The notes beneath the pieces are model-generated. The model was not told where the DNA came from. It searched no databases and saw nothing but the letters and a program-made list of their open reading frames with translations. DNA of 64,000 nt from an uncultured Clostridia bacterium. Its GTDB lineage: Bacteria; Bacillota; Clostridia; Christensenellales; UBA1242. The stretch is taken from assembly GCA_944377305.1 (NCBI GenBank), contig CALWEL010000006.1, positions 2,642 through 66,641 of the forward strand, in the 5' to 3' direction. Every line of letters starts with the position of its first letter. Positions within the stretch are counted from its first letter, which is position 1. The position numbers and the translations under genes are program-made. This document shows, one piece after another, positions 9,535 to 18,336 of the stretch.

Positions 9535-9654
9535 TAAAAAATAACACCACTATGAAAGTGGTGTTTTGATAAGGGCTATCCATTAAAACTCCTGTCTTCC
9601 CTTATCTGGAACCTACTGCATTGCGGTTCTGTCATTTAAGACCTCAAGGGAGTT
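9535..9654 (-). ncRNA. Candidate small RNA of about 120 nt (unknown family)
   Basis: It is bracketed on the minus strand by a near-consensus promoter (9661-9689) and an intrinsic terminator (stem 9543-9550/9558-9565 plus a U6 tract). The body is G+C-richer than the flanks. It has a perfect 8-bp stem GAUAAGGG/CCCUUAUC and a 5' CUCCCUU motif. Confidence 0.45.
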
Positions 9655-9660
9655 ATTTAT

Positions 9661-9689
9661 ATAATATCAAAAGGAGAATTATATGTCAA
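9661..9689 (-). promoter_or_regulatory. Sigma-A-type promoter TTGACA-17-TATTAT
   Basis: -35 TTGACA at 9689..9684, 17-nt spacer, -10 TATTAT at 9666..9661, read on the minus strand. Confidence 0.5.
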
Positions 9690-9730
9690 GAATATTTCAA
9701 AATAAGAATAAAGATTTAGCAAAATTAAAA

Positions 9731-9767
9731 AATGAAGAAAATTTATTTTTTTGTCATTTTCTTCATT
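9731..9767. other. Perfect 12-bp AT-rich hairpin in the nifJ-tex spacer
   Basis: AATGAAGAAAAT (9731-9742) pairs with ATTTTCTTCATT (9756-9767) around a 13-nt loop. A T-rich tract follows on the minus strand. Confidence 0.35.
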
Positions 9768-10046
9768 AAAAATCGCATATTTTTATATATTTTTTTAATA
9801 TTTTTAAAATTTTTTTGATTTTAATTGTAAATTTACATTCATCTTTTTAATAATAATATATCTAATTAATAAGAATATTATTTATAATGATACAAATATA
9901 AGAAAATAATATTATTTTAAATATAATATAGACTATATAAATATTTTTCAATATTTATTCATATATGTATTTACTAATAAATTTATTTCTATTAAAAATA
10001 TTATAAAATTATAATGAAAATTTTTTAATTATTTCAAAATTTTTAA

Positions 10047-13000
10047 TTATTTTTTATTGTCAAATTTTTCTTGATTTTTATAAGATTTTCTCCTATTGAT
10101 TGCATCTTGTTCACTTTGTTTCAACAATTTATTTTTGTTCGCTTTGTTCACTTTTTCTAGGATTGAAAATCTGTTTTCCGTCTCAACATAATCACGATAA
10201 TTCATTGTAGGATCAAAACTATCTATATGCATCGGTTCATCATTGTTTGGATTGTATCTAAATAATGTATTGTATCCACTCTTTACCGAATTGAATGAAT
10301 GATTTTCGCTATAACGCATATCATAGCCGTGATTTATACAAGGCGCGTATGCTATGATCACACTCGGTCCGTCATACTTCTCCGCTTCGACGAATGCACT
10401 CACGCACTGATCAGGATTTGCGCCCATTGCCACTGTGGCAACATACACATCTTTGTATGTCATCAATATGCTTGCCAAATCTTTTTTCTTTGTCGATTTG
10501 CCCATCATATTGAACTTCGCACTCGCACCCCTAGGAGTTGATTTGCTGGTCTGTCCGCCCGTGTTTGAATACACTTCAGTGTCCAACACCAAAATATTTA
10601 CATTCTCACCGCTAGCCACCACATGATCTAACCCGCCAAATCCAATGTCGTACGCCCAACCATCCCCACCAATTATCCAAATGCTAGGGCTGGTGATCAA
10701 TGATAAATTGTCATAAATATAACTATCATCTCCGCGCAGAATATGCCCCTTTTTGTACTTCTTCAAATCAAGAACCAATTGTTTGTTATATTCGTGATTT
10801 TCAGTATTTTTGATGAAAGGTGCCAACATATCTTCTAGCTTTTTGCTAAATTTTTTCGTCTTTAAATGTGCTATGAAATTTTTTCGCTCGTTCTTTTTCG
10901 CCACCGCTATCCCATAACCAAATTCTGCATTGTCTTCAAATAAAGAATTTGCCCAAGTAGGACCGAAGCCATCCTTGTCCTTGCTGTACGGACAGGTCGG
11001 GAATGTCCCTCCGTAAATGCTTGAGCACCCTGTCGCATTGGCAATCAACATTCTATCGCCAAAAAGTTGTGTAGCTAGTTTGATATACGGAGTCTCTCCG
11101 CAACCTGCACACGCACCACTGAATTCAAAATATGGACGTTTGAATTGCACTCCTTTCACCGTATTTGGAGTAAATGGTGTAATTATAGGAAGAGTGAGCA
11201 TAAATTCTTCATTTGCGATCTCTTTGTCTCTGATCTTCTCACTTTCCGTCATAATCAGCGCCTTCACAGGACAGACTTCGCTACACACTCCGCAACCTGT
11301 GCAATCGAGCGTATTCACTTGCATACGATAATTTCCCTCGCAAACAAAGGCCTTTCTACTCGTGAATGTTTTTGGCACTTTGTGCTTAGGGTCAAAAATT
11401 ACAGGACGGATAGCTGCGTGCGGGCACATAAGCGTACACCTACCACATTGAATACATTTTTCGCTGATCCAATTTGGCATTTCAGTCGCTAGGGCGCGTT
11501 TTTCGAATTTCGCCGTATCTGTAGGCATCCTGCCATCTTCACTAAATTTGCTGACTGGAATTTCATCTCCTTCCTGATTGCTAGTTGGCACTATGACATC
11601 TTCATAATAATCAGATTGTCGCACTTTGCACGCCAATGCATCGTTTAAGGTGAAGCGGGTGCAATCAATCTTTTGTACTTTATCCTGTATGTTTTCAATG
11701 GCGGATAGATTGGCCTTGACAATCTTGTCCCCTTTCTTTGAATAGGTCTTGATAATTGATGATTGAATATTTTTCATCGCCACATCTTCTGGTAGTATTT
11801 TTGAAATATAAAACATCGCTGTCTGCATAATTGTATTTATCTTCCCGCCCAGTCCGCTTGCGTGGGCGATCTCGTTTGCATCAATGGAATATAATTTAAT
11901 ATGCTTTTCAATTAGATCCATCTTAATTTTGTTTGGCATTTTTTTATCAAGCATTTCAAACGAATAATTTGAATTGATCAGCATTGTGCCATTATCTTTC
12001 AAGCAGTCTGTCAAATCATATTTTTCAATGTAACCTACATTGTTGTTCATAACAAAATCAACCTTTCTTGGATTGAAAGGTGCAATTATAGGCAAAAATG
12101 AACTCCTCAAATGTGATATGGTGAGACTTCCTGATTTTTTGGAATCATAATCAAAATATCCCTGCATATAACTAGTGGTTTCTTCACCCAAAATTTTGAT
12201 TATGTTTTTCACTGAACTAACACTTCCGTCACTACCCAGTCCGTACACTCGCATACTGAAATCTGAAATGTCATCTACGAATCTGTCTTTCACTTCTAGG
12301 TTAGTTTGGGTGACATTGTCATACACTCCGAGCGTGAAAAATTCTTTTTTCTTATGTAACATATTGTCAAATACGCTCATTGCCATATCTGGAGTAAATT
12401 CTTTTCCGCCCAAACCATAAGATCCCGTATATGTCTTTGCATTAATCTTATTTTTTTGAAGAGCAGATAGCACAAAACTCGTCAAGGAGTCCACACCGTT
12501 TACATCTAAATTTCGCTCCAGTATCGTTATATTGCGTACTTGTTTTGGTAATTTTTCTATAAATGTCTTTTCATCAAATGGTTTCAGTAGTCTTACCTTT
12601 ATTATCCCAGCTTTGCCTTTGTATTGTTTTTTTGCCAAAGTCAGCACATCTGCTGCGGTGCCTATAGCCACCACTACATCGCGAGCGTTCGCATCTCCAT
12701 AATACTCTATCGTATCATATATCCTATTAGTAATCTCGCTTTGTTTCTTTAGCGAAGATTTGACAATGTCTATAACGTCTCTATATCTATCCAGTGCGCG
12801 CACTCTACTCTGCATATACACATCTGGGTTTTGATTTGTTCCTGCCGAAAATGGCTCGAAATTATTCATCGCACGCTTTTTAAATTCTGCAATATCGTTG
12901 TAGTCTACTACCTTTTTCACATCATCCAATTCGGATACATAAACTGTATTCAATTCGTGACTGGTCCTAAATCCGTCAAAGAAACAAATGAATGGCGTAC

Positions 13001-13484
13001 GTGACTTCATACTCGCAAGTTCTGTCGCTATAGCAATATCATTCACTTCCTGCACGCTTGAGCAATTTATGATATTAAATCCCGTCTTCAGACAAGCATA
13101 TATATCACTATAGTCGCAAAAGATGCTGAGGGCCTGAGTCGCCACAGTCCTAGCAGCTACGTAAAAGACCGTGGGTAGCCCTTCGCCTGCAATTTTGTAC
13201 ATATTTGGAAGCATCAGCATCAGACCTTGACTGGATGTAAATGTGGTCGTCTTAGCCCCCGCCATCAGACTTCCGTGCACTGCACCCGCAACGCCTGCCT
13301 CGCTCTGCATTTGCGTTATATACAACTTGTTGCCAAAAATATTTTGCTTGTTTTCATAAGCAAACTGATCGCAATTTTCCGCCATAGGGCTACTAGGCGT
13401 AATTGGATATATACACGCCACATCGTTGAACATATATGCAATGTTAGATGCAACGAAATTTCCATCTACTGTCAACTTTTTCAT
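10047..13484 (-). CDS. nifJ: Pyruvate:ferredoxin (flavodoxin) oxidoreductase
   Basis: 1145 aa. Two 4Fe-4S motifs (CIQCGRCTLMCP, CTGCGVCSEVCP) and a TPP-binding GGDGW..D region, with domain order typical of single-chain PFOR. Confidence 0.92.
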   Translation of the reverse strand: MKKLTVDGNFVASNIAYMFNDVACIYPITPSSPMAENCDQFAYENKQNIFGNKLYITQMQSEAGVAGAVHGSLMAGAKTTTFTSSQGLMLMLPNMYKIAGEGLPTVFYVAARTVATQALSIFCDYSDIYACLKTGFNIINCSSVQEVNDIAIATELASMKSRTPFICFFDGFRTSHELNTVYVSELDDVKKVVDYNDIAEFKKRAMNNFEPFSAGTNQNPDVYMQSRVRALDRYRDVIDIVKSSLKKQSEITNRIYDTIEYYGDANARDVVVAIGTAADVLTLAKKQYKGKAGIIKVRLLKPFDEKTFIEKLPKQVRNITILERNLDVNGVDSLTSFVLSALQKNKINAKTYTGSYGLGGKEFTPDMAMSVFDNMLHKKKEFFTLGVYDNVTQTNLEVKDRFVDDISDFSMRVYGLGSDGSVSSVKNIIKILGEETTSYMQGYFDYDSKKSGSLTISHLRSSFLPIIAPFNPRKVDFVMNNNVGYIEKYDLTDCLKDNGTMLINSNYSFEMLDKKMPNKIKMDLIEKHIKLYSIDANEIAHASGLGGKINTIMQTAMFYISKILPEDVAMKNIQSSIIKTYSKKGDKIVKANLSAIENIQDKVQKIDCTRFTLNDALACKVRQSDYYEDVIVPTSNQEGDEIPVSKFSEDGRMPTDTAKFEKRALATEMPNWISEKCIQCGRCTLMCPHAAIRPVIFDPKHKVPKTFTSRKAFVCEGNYRMQVNTLDCTGCGVCSEVCPVKALIMTESEKIRDKEIANEEFMLTLPIITPFTPNTVKGVQFKRPYFEFSGACAGCGETPYIKLATQLFGDRMLIANATGCSSIYGGTFPTCPYSKDKDGFGPTWANSLFEDNAEFGYGIAVAKKNERKNFIAHLKTKKFSKKLEDMLAPFIKNTENHEYNKQLVLDLKKYKKGHILRGDDSYIYDNLSLITSPSIWIIGGDGWAYDIGFGGLDHVVASGENVNILVLDTEVYSNTGGQTSKSTPRGASAKFNMMGKSTKKKDLASILMTYKDVYVATVAMGANPDQCVSAFVEAEKYDGPSVIIAYAPCINHGYDMRYSENHSFNSVKSGYNTLFRYNPNNDEPMHIDSFDPTMNYRDYVETENRFSILEKVNKANKNKLLKQSEQDAINRRKSYKNQEKFDNKK

Positions 13485-13501
13485 AATTTCCCCTCAAGTT
13501 T

Positions 13502-13530
13502 AGTATAAAACAAGTTTTTTAATTTGGCAA
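13502..13530 (-). promoter_or_regulatory. Promoter TTGCCA-17-TATACT for nifJ
   Basis: -35 at 13530..13525 and -10 at 13507..13502 on the minus strand. A short leader with SD GAGGGG follows. Confidence 0.5.
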
Positions 13531-13534
13531 ATGT

Positions 13535-13562
13535 TTGCGATAATTTTCAAATATGTTATAAT
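13535..13562 (+). promoter_or_regulatory. Promoter TTGCGA-16-TATAAT for truA (leaderless geometry)
   Basis: -10 TATAAT at 13557-13562 lies 6 nt before the ATG at 13569. No SD is present. Confidence 0.45.
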
Positions 13563-13568
13563 AAATAT

Positions 13569-14288
13569 ATGAGATATCTAATGATAATTACTTATAATGG
13601 AAGAGAATTTTCGGGCTGGCAACGTCAAAAGAATTCAAACAGCATTCAAGAAGTGCTTGAAGATAAATTGACCTTTTTACTAAAGGAAAATATAAAATGT
13701 ACAGCAAGCGGAAGGACGGATGCTAAGGTCTCTGCATATTTTCAACCTGTACATTTTGACTGTGAGAGAGATTTCAATATGGGAAAAATCAAAAATTCAT
13801 TAAACGCTCTTCTACCGAATAGTATAAAAGTGTTGTCCATTGAGCATAGCAATTTGCACGCACGATTTTCGGCAAAAAAGAAAACTTATCTATATAAAAT
13901 GTATCTATCCAACATAGAAATGCCACTCTTCACCGATGCTTTAAGAGTTGATCCAAATATTGATATTAGAAAAATGAAAAAATTTATCCGACTTCTTCGC
14001 GGTACGCACGATTTTTTAGGCTTTCGTGCAAGCAATGCGCAAAACGAATCAAATGTTCGTACGATTTATAATGCGAAATTGAAAAGAGTCGGTCCGTATC
14101 TCTATTTCTATATCACAGGCAACGGATTCCTATATAAAATGGTACGAAACATTGTGGGCACAATGCTTGAAGTTGGGGCAAATCGGCTCAATTTGAAAGA
14201 TCTGAAAAAAACAATTTTCAAAACTTTCAAATCTACTCACACCGCAAAGCCTGAATATTTGTATTTGTTCCAAGTCGATTATCTATAA
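13569..14288 (+). CDS. truA: tRNA pseudouridine(38-40) synthase TruA
   Basis: ITYNGREFSGWQRQ and SGRTDAKVSA motifs. The start was chosen at MRYLMI; the track start at 13524 is TTG. Confidence 0.85.
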   Translation: MRYLMIITYNGREFSGWQRQKNSNSIQEVLEDKLTFLLKENIKCTASGRTDAKVSAYFQPVHFDCERDFNMGKIKNSLNALLPNSIKVLSIEHSNLHARFSAKKKTYLYKMYLSNIEMPLFTDALRVDPNIDIRKMKKFIRLLRGTHDFLGFRASNAQNESNVRTIYNAKLKRVGPYLYFYITGNGFLYKMVRNIVGTMLEVGANRLNLKDLKKTIFKTFKSTHTAKPEYLYLFQVDYL

Positions 14289-14446
14289 ATTTTTTGCCAC
14301 CTACTTTCTATTTCAAATGATGCAACTAAAGTATTTAAGAGTCATCATAAAATTTTTGAATCAGTGAATTTCGAAGATCTGAACTATGTAAACGAATTGT
14401 TTTTTTGTCGGCTTAAATATATCTTCTGAATAATATTGATATCATA

Positions 14447-14475
14447 TTGACAAATATAATCAGTGTGATTATAAT
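14447..14475 (+). promoter_or_regulatory. Perfect consensus promoter TTGACA-17-TATAAT
   Basis: TTGACA at 14447-14452, 17-nt spacer, TATAAT at 14470-14475. SD GGAG and the ATG at 14494 follow. Confidence 0.6.
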
Positions 14476-14493
14476 CACTTTAATGGAGAAATT

Positions 14494-14730
14494 ATGATAG
14501 ACAAAATTATATGTAATGAAATCGCAAAGGATATCAAGAATTTATCAAAAGGAACAGTTTTTACTCTAAAAGATTTCTATGATAAATACAAGATTATAAA
14601 CGACATGACGACAAAGTTTGAATATACAAAAGTAATTATGAAGAAAATCAAGAATTTTGTTGATGTTTATGCTGAAGACAAAAATTTAACAATTAGTCTG
14701 CCTTTTGTCGTTAGACTAATTAGAGTATAA
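14494..14730 (+). CDS. Hypothetical 78-aa protein
   Basis: ORF with a GGAG SD behind a consensus promoter. I recognise no family. Confidence 0.55.
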   Translation: MIDKIICNEIAKDIKNLSKGTVFTLKDFYDKYKIINDMTTKFEYTKVIMKKIKNFVDVYAEDKNLTISLPFVVRLIRV

Positions 14731-14840
14731 ATTTTAGATTGTTATAAACAATTGACTTTTGATTGTTTTTTGTATTAGAATTGATTATTGAAAGTTATAT
14801 TTTAAATATATTTTCAAATTCAAATTTTTTAGGAGTATAT

Positions 14841-15563
14841 ATGAATAAACAAGCTAAAAAATCTATGCTTATTGCTCTCTTCATAAGCCTTGCAGTCTGC
14901 ATTGCAGGTGCTATTATTTGGGGATTAATGTATCAATTGGGAGTATTTTCCACTCTGGTGTCTGCAATTAGTGCAGTGCTTGCTCTCCTCGCTTATAGAA
15001 AATTCTACAAGCTTAATTGGATCGCATATCTTTGGGTAATTCTTTGGTCAATATTATTAAACGAACTTGCTATGCTAATAGTTGAAGCAATCATCGCCAC
15101 TAATGAATTGAATGTTAATTTTTCTGAAGGATTTAGCATAATATGTAATTTAATAGCTACCAATAGTGATGCCAAATCAATATTTGTCAGCAATTCTATA
15201 TGGAGTGTAGCATTCACTGTACTTGGTGCAATCTTAACAATCATTTCTCTCCGCAATCAGGAAAAGAAAAATCAATTGAATCAACAAATACTTCAAGATG
15301 CTGAAAATCAAAGGGTATATAGTCTAGATGAAAAATTTACTATAGCCTTATCTTCATTCAAAACAATAATTGATGCTTACAATATGGACAAAGACAAAGA
15401 AAAATTTAAAACTAGTTCTGAAAAATTAGTAAATGGAATATTATCTAATTTAGATTTACTTGAAAAGGAACAAATTAGATTGAAAATAAAAGAGATGCTG
15501 ATTGATCCAAGCACTTCTAGTCAAGACAAAAAAGCTTTGACTATAATGGAAAAAATGATTTAA
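14841..15563 (+). CDS. Hypothetical membrane protein (4-5 TM plus helical C-terminal region)
   Basis: The start was chosen at MNKQAKKS because AGGAG precedes it. Hydrophobic segments are followed by a charged C-terminal region. Confidence 0.55.
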   Translation: MNKQAKKSMLIALFISLAVCIAGAIIWGLMYQLGVFSTLVSAISAVLALLAYRKFYKLNWIAYLWVILWSILLNELAMLIVEAIIATNELNVNFSEGFSIICNLIATNSDAKSIFVSNSIWSVAFTVLGAILTIISLRNQEKKNQLNQQILQDAENQRVYSLDEKFTIALSSFKTIIDAYNMDKDKEKFKTSSEKLVNGILSNLDLLEKEQIRLKIKEMLIDPSTSSQDKKALTIMEKMI

Positions 15564-15619
15564 TTGTTTTCAATTGATTGCCAGCAAAAGAACATAATAT
15601 TAAATAAAAATATAAAAAG

Positions 15620-15643
15620 ATGAGACACTAGTCTCATTTTTTA
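15620..15643 (+). terminator. Intrinsic terminator
   Basis: ATGAGAC-ACTA-GTCTCAT hairpin followed by TTTTTT. Confidence 0.7.
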
Positions 15644-15835
15644 TCAATTCTAGCATAATTAAGCAAAATTAATTGCTAGAATATATATTCGTTGATGATT
15701 TCAAATTATAATTTTATTATAATAAATCAACTTCAAATAGATTGAACTTTCTATAGTTGATGAGTCGACATCTTTGAATTAGCAATTATTTAGAGAATTA
15801 ATTACTTCATATATTTTAAAAAAATAATCGTACTA

Positions 15836-16702
15836 TTATATCAGAGAAGTATATTCTATGTTTTTGCCGATATTTTTCGATTTTTTTATCTTTTTTTCAA
15901 TATATTTAGATAATTTTTCACTAAAATTTCGATTTGCCAATTCCTCAAAAATTTTGTTTGCCAAAATCCTATTTAAACAACTTGAATTCACTTCCAAAGC
16001 ATATTTTGCAAAAGCATATTTTATATCAATATCATCAGGATTTTTTTCGTATGCTGATTTGATCTTTCTACCAAAATCTACGAGCAATTTTTCATTCCAC
16101 TTACCATCTAAAATTACTCCATATTTTGAATATATTGTTTTCAATTGTAGCAAAATTGTCAAACGATCTGAAAAATTGATATATGGCGAATTCAACTTCA
16201 TTTCTGCCGTTTTACAGATATCTTTGAGTATTTTTACAAATTCAGATCCCCTTAATTCTGCAGTGATCAATTCACATTCCATTTGTTTGATCAAAAACTT
16301 TTTCTCCAAACTTTTTATCTCATTAGGACATTTCTGATAATTATTTTCTAATTCATCTCTTAATTCTGCCAACTCTCTGCTTTTGTTGTTATATAAACTA
16401 ATTAATTCAAATGTTTTTTTATCTTTTAATAGCCTTATTTCCGCAGATAATTTGTTGAAATATGCATATTTCTCAAAATAGGTAGCAATCGTCTTTTTAT
16501 CAATATACGTTTCAATTTTTCTATTCATCCTGAGTTTTAATTTTGATCTCCCACGCATTTGATAGTAATAAATTATCGCATTTATCTGCCCCAACTCTGC
16601 AAGATAAACAAAATCTTTTAAAATTTTTTCTTGTGGATAATTCAAATAAATTCTTGAAGTTAATGTAATGTAATCATTATCTAAATCATTCAATTTCCTC
16701 AC
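15836..16702 (-). CDS. Hypothetical 288-aa helical protein
   Basis: Long ORF with a GTG start preceded by a GGGGG SD. Lys/Glu-rich and helical. No family recognised. Confidence 0.5.
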   Translation of the reverse strand: MRKLNDLDNDYITLTSRIYLNYPQEKILKDFVYLAELGQINAIIYYYQMRGRSKLKLRMNRKIETYIDKKTIATYFEKYAYFNKLSAEIRLLKDKKTFELISLYNNKSRELAELRDELENNYQKCPNEIKSLEKKFLIKQMECELITAELRGSEFVKILKDICKTAEMKLNSPYINFSDRLTILLQLKTIYSKYGVILDGKWNEKLLVDFGRKIKSAYEKNPDDIDIKYAFAKYALEVNSSCLNRILANKIFEELANRNFSEKLSKYIEKKIKKSKNIGKNIEYTSLI

Positions 16703-16879
16703 GTCTTGCCCCCAAATTAGTCGTAGTATATCACCCTATCATTACCCTGTCAATATAGCTAATTTAATAATTTTGATAATTATTTAAAATTTTATTATTG
16801 AATATTGTGATATAGTACATAAACAAACCCCACTTTAGATTATTATTGCGTTATATTACAATTATTTTATCAAATTCTA

Positions 16880-16908
16880 TTGACAATCAATTTATTTTTT
16901 TATATACT
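16880..16908 (+). promoter_or_regulatory. Promoter TTGACA-17-TATACT for rplM-rpsI
   Basis: TTGACA at 16880-16885, 17-nt spacer, TATACT at 16903-16908. Confidence 0.6.
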
Positions 16909-16914
16909 AAAAAA

Positions 16915-17013
16915 GTATTGCTCAAAGATTTGATTCTTTTGCCACACGGAAGAATTGAAATCTTATCGTAGCCTGAACGCGAAATAAGGGCTAATTTATT
17001 TAAGGAGAGAATT
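16915..17013 (+). promoter_or_regulatory. Structured 5' leader of rplM (possible L13-type ribosomal-protein leader)
   Basis: About 100-nt UTR with a hairpin AGATTTGATTCTT..AAGAATTGAAATCT and a second stem TAGCC..GGCTA just before the SD. Firmicute rplM operons are known to carry an L13 leader. Confidence 0.35.
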
Positions 17014-17451
17014 ATGAAAACAATTATGGCAAAGCCTGCCACAGTTGAAAAAAAATGGTACATCATTGATGCTGAAGGAAAAGCTTTGGGTCGTGTCGCT
17101 AGCGAAGCTGCCAAATTGCTTCGTGGCAAACACAAACCTACTTTTACTCCAAATGTAGACTGTGGAGACAACGTTATTATTTTAAACAGCGATAAGCTTG
17201 TTTTGACAGACAAAAAGGAAGAACAAAAATATTTTAAAAGATATTCAGGTTATCAATCTGGATTGCACTTAACTCAATATAAGACTATGATGAAAGATCA
17301 TAGTGATGTCGCTCTACTTCGTGCAATCAAAGGTATGCTTCCAAAAAATTCACTAGGTAGAAAGATGGCAAAACACGTTCATATCTATAAAGGTGCTGAG
17401 CACGAAAATCAAGCACAAAAACCAGAAGTTTGGAACGGAGGTAATAATTAA
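17014..17451 (+). CDS. rplM: 50S ribosomal protein L13
   Basis: [29 protein letters not shown] is canonical L13. Confidence 0.95.
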   Translation: MKTIMAKPATVEKKWYIIDAEGKALGRVASEAAKLLRGKHKPTFTPNVDCGDNVIILNSDKLVLTDKKEEQKYFKRYSGYQSGLHLTQYKTMMKDHSDVALLRAIKGMLPKNSLGRKMAKHVHIYKGAEHENQAQKPEVWNGGNN

Positions 17452-17993
17452 TGAGTGAAGAAATCAAAGAAGTAAAGAAAACGACTAAAAAACCTATAGA
17501 AAAAGTTGAAAAAACTGAGGTTAAGAAAGCTAAAGAGACCAAATCTCCAACAACTAGTGAAACCAAAACTAAAAAATCTTCAAAAACAAAAACTAGCAAA
17601 GCAAAAGCCCAAGAATTTTTAGGCACCGGTAGAAGAAAATGTTCTGTAGCACGTGTCAGAATAACTACTGGTAGGGGGGAGATCACTGTCAACGGAATGA
17701 AATTGGATGAATATTTCGACCTTGACACATTGAAAGCAATTGTTCGTCAACCTCTAGCATTGACTGATACTATTAATAGTGTTGATATTGTAGCAAATAT
17801 TTATGGTGGTGGAAAATCAGGTCAAGCAGGTGCATTGCGTCACGGTATCACTCGTGCATTGATCGAGTTCAGACCTGAACTTCGTCCTGAATTGAAAAAA
17901 GCGGGCTTAGTTACTCGAGATGCAAGAAAGAAAGAACGAAAAAAATATGGTCTCAAGAAAGCACGTAAGGCTCCTCAATTTAGCAAACGTTAA
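17451..17993 (+). CDS. rpsI: 30S ribosomal protein S9 with an N-terminal Lys/Thr/Glu-rich extension of about 53 aa
   Basis: [12 protein letters not shown]...[23 protein letters not shown] is canonical S9. It is preceded by a low-complexity extension. TAATG overlap with rplM. Confidence 0.93.
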   Translation: MSEEIKEVKKTTKKPIEKVEKTEVKKAKETKSPTTSETKTKKSSKTKTSKAKAQEFLGTGRRKCSVARVRITTGRGEITVNGMKLDEYFDLDTLKAIVRQPLALTDTINSVDIVANIYGGGKSGQAGALRHGITRALIEFRPELRPELKKAGLVTRDARKKERKKYGLKKARKAPQFSKR

Positions 17994-18002
17994 TATCAAA
18001 AA

Positions 18003-18027
18003 ACAACACGGAAGTGTTGTTTTTTTA
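18003..18027 (+). terminator. Intrinsic terminator of rplM-rpsI
   Basis: ACAACAC-GGAA-GTGTTGT hairpin followed by TTTTTT. Confidence 0.8.
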
Positions 18028-18336
18028 CAGCTGTTTTACCAACAAGGATTTCTATCTACTGAGGATTCTATATATTTTTTTTTATAAAAAAAAAATTATC
18101 ATTTAAATCATATTTTAGCTCAAATTCTGATTAAAATTGAATTAAAAAAGAGAGACGTTTTTTACACTCGAAATCGCAAATCATCTAAGTAATAATATTG
18201 ATAATCAATATTAGAACAAATATTACGATTTTTTTAGAGCATAGAACTATCTCTCTAGATGTAAGGATATACCTTACAATAGTATATTGTGAGAAAATTA
18301 AATAATTATTCATCATTTTTAAAATTTTTTATTACT

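Noticed and set aside
9570-9660. Small SRP (4.5S-like) RNA, because of AGGUUCC...GGAAGACAGG, which resembles the helix 8 region.
   Set aside because: There is no GNRA tetraloop at the expected place; a 7-nt loop sits there instead. The 3' side reads GACA instead of AGCA. The flanking helix does not pair, and the 5' and 3' ends do not form the closing stem.
9683-9769. 28-aa plus-strand mini-ORF with an apparently strong SD (AAGGAG, 7 nt upstream of the ATG).
   Set aside because: The AAGGAG lies within the 17-nt spacer of a near-consensus minus-strand promoter. The ORF's 3' half is a 12-bp hairpin, the peptide has no recognisable features, and no plus-strand promoter is evident. The minus-strand sRNA interpretation explains more of the sequence. 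It is kept only as an alternative.
16887-17213. 108-aa minus-strand ORF overlapping the rplM promoter, leader and 5' coding region.
   Set aside because: It is antisense to the canonical L13 gene and its promoter. It has no SD and a hydrophobic low-complexity translation.
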